Below, in pieces: positions 61,531-64,000 of a stretch of 64,000 bases of DNA. Position 1 is the first letter of the stretch, and each line of letters starts with the position of its first letter. Both the position numbers and the translations under genes were made by a program. The stretch covers positions 2,418,001-2,482,000 of the forward strand of contig JBHGNT010000012.1 of NCBI GenBank assembly GCA_043228905.1, written 5' to 3'. This DNA is from Azolla caroliniana. Taxonomy: Eukaryota; Plantae; Polypodiophyta. The notes beneath the pieces are model-generated. The model was not told where the DNA came from. It searched no databases and was given only the letters and a program-made list of their open reading frames with translations.

Positions 61531-64000
61531 AGACATATTCGTAAATATGTTTTCTGAGAGTCCATCATGGTTGTATTTGTAAATAGCCGAAAAGTCATAT
61601 TAGTATAAATATGACTTAGGGCAAACCTTTTTTGATGTGGTCGTTGTTATTCTTGTCTGCGCGAGATTAGAGTGCGTAACCGTGTACAGAGAGAGTGAGA
61701 GAGAGGAAGAGGTCGTTGCCTCAGTTGTAACCGCCGCTTGTGGCGAAGATCGTGAGCACGAGGTCGTTGCCTTCGTGAACTCATTATTGTACATTCTAAC
61801 ATAGTGATAGATTGCAGCCTGTGGGCTGCCGTGGTTTTTTCCCTTAGTTTGGGTTTTCCAGGTAAACACCCTATGTACTCTTCTCTTCTTCGTGTCGTGC
61901 ATTCTTTATTTCCCGTTTTCTGTGTATGGTTCTAAGCTCGGTTGTGGCCGAGCGTTGTGCATAAGGAGCGTTGTAGTTCCCGTCAAGTGGTATCAGAGTG
62001 AAACGACACAGAAAATGGACGATTCATTGGGAGGCATGTTCAAGCTCACCGGCTCCAACTATTCGGTGTGGAAGTCGAAGATGAGGGACATGCTCGTGGT
62101 TGAAGACCTCTGGCTACCGGTTCAGTTCGGGGACAAGAGACCGGACAAAATCGACGCCGCGATATGGGAGGTGATGCACATGAAGACAACGGCGTACATA
62201 CGGTGCTTCATCGACATGAGCCTGTAAAACAACTTCAATGAAGAGAGCAAGGCTCATGAGCTCTGGGAGAAGATCGGCATTATGTTTCAAAACAAAAATG
62301 TTGTTAATCAGGTTTCGGTATTCTGGAAGCTAGTAAGACTCTGGTACCAAGATGGCTCTAGCATGGCGGAGCACATGAATGCCTTCCAGGGGCTAATCCA
62401 CCAGGCAACATCATTGGAGGTACCTCTCGCCGATGAGGTACTAGCACTACTCCTGCTCGGTTCCCTCCCAGATAGCTGGGAGACGTTGGTTGTCACCTTG
62501 GGCAACGCCAGGCCGGAAGGGAAATGGTTATCCCTAGCAAGAGTAAAGTCGAGCTTGCTAGATGAGGAGGCGCGTCGGAAAGATAAAGATACGAGCTCCG
62601 ACTCCAAAGCGCTCCTTACCGAATCGGAACGTGGAAGACAAAGAAACCATAATCCCTAGAACCGGGAAAAGTCGGGGACACGGTCAAAGTCAAGGGGGAG
62701 ACCTACTTGCTTCTATTGCGGCAAGCCGGGACACTTCTAGAAGAACTGTCGGCATTTCCGAAAGGACAAGGAAACCGACGGTACCGATTCGAAGCGGATA
62801 CCGGACCGGAACGGTAAAGACCGGAGGGGAATGGACCGGAAGGGGACGACGGCAATCGCGGCAAGTGAAGAAGAGTTGATGCTCATCACTGAGGAGAGTG
62901 AGATAAACCTTGCCGGCGACGAGATGACCTGGGTGGTCGACTCCGGAGCGTTGTTCCACCTTACCCCGGACTGGAAATGCTTCTCATCCTACTCAGCCGT
63001 TGATCACGGCTGTGTCCGGATGGGGAATGAAGGTACATGCCGAATTGTCGGCATAGGAGAAGTATGGCTGTCAACACCAACCAGATGCAAGATGCTGCTG
63101 AAGGATGTTCGACACGTTCCGGAGGTTCGTCTGAACCTGATATCAGCCGGTCGGCTAGATGATGAAGGCTACACGGGTAGCATCCGGAACGGTGTTATGA
63201 AGTTCAGCAAAGGGAGCCTGATTGTGGCTTGGGCCCGGAAGGTAAACACGTTGTACCTGATGAATGCCCGGTTATGTCCGGAGGAAGTGAACGTGGTATC
63301 CGACACTGCCGGTGAGTTGTGGCACAAAAGGCTGTGTCACATGAGCGAGAAGGGGATGAAGAGGCTTGCAGACAACAACCTCATTCCAGTGAAGAACGTG
63401 CACTTGGAGAAGTGTATTGATTGTCTGGCCGGTAAACAAAACCGGACCTCCTTTCGACCAAGGCCACCGATGAGACGTAATGCACCACTGGAGTTGGTGC
63501 ATACTGATGTGTGTCAAGTGGACACGAAGTCACATGCAGGATCTTAGTACTTCGTGACATTCATAGATGACCACAGCCGGAAGCTGTGGGCCACACCGTT
63601 GAAGACGAAGGATCAGGTGTTATCCGTCTTCAAAGAGCTCCACGCGAGAGTGGAAAGAGAAACCGGCCGGAAGCTGAAGGCGGTTCGAGCAGATAACGGA
63701 GGTGAATACCAGGGGCAGTTCGAGGAGTATTGTCGCTCGAAGGGAATCCGGCTCGAATTTACCGTGCCGAAGACGTCGGAACTAAACGGGCTGGCCGAAA
63801 GGATGAACCGGACCATAATGGAGAGGGTCCGGAGTATGCTAGCGCATGCAAAACTACCCAAGAAGTTTTGGGCTGAGGCACTGTTGACGGCGACATATGT
63901 GATAAACAGATCACCCTCAGTACCCTTGGACGGAGACACGCCACAGAGAGTCTGGACCGGTAAGGAAGTGTCCTACCGGCATTTGAAGGTATTCGGGTGT
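61179..64000 (+). mobile_element. Ty1/copia element C (Tnt1/Tork-like), running off the window. LTR 61179-61985, PBS 61988-61998, gag from 62014
   Basis: TGGTATCAGAG PBS; FKLTGSNYSVWKSKMRDML gag; CFYCGKPGH knuckle; WVVDSGA protease; LWHKRLCHMSEKG; ADNGGEY integrase; premature stops. Confidence 0.93.

Overview
Eukaryotic land-plant nuclear DNA; the Tcn1-type chromovirus and RTEX/L2-like LINE point to a fern or other non-seed plant (inference). The left half holds five host genes: the 3' part of a two-domain SLT/lytic-transglycosylase-like gene ending in a CaaX box (+), NdhO (-), intronless CDC45 with E2F sites (+), DENR/TMA22 (-) and an ATL-type RING-H2 E3 ligase (-). L1 LINE fragments, microsatellites and decayed repeats lie between them. 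From about 39.7 kb the window is a nest of retroelements: a decayed copia element split by a very young Tcn1-like chromovirus and a related LTR, two RTEX/L2-like LINE pieces, a complete inverted copia of the same family and a Tnt1/Tork-like copia running off the end. Best leads: (1) the chromovirus LTR family carries an antisense tRNA-like A-box/B-box module; (2) the same element has an 11-nt self-priming PBS and a -1 frameshift cassette; (3) the SLT protein pairs an intact domain with a catalytically dead one and a prenylation signal; (4) tRNA-like heads recur, one just upstream of a LINE; (5) an L1 is inserted inside a (GA)n tract. Exon models were read by eye and no database searches were run.
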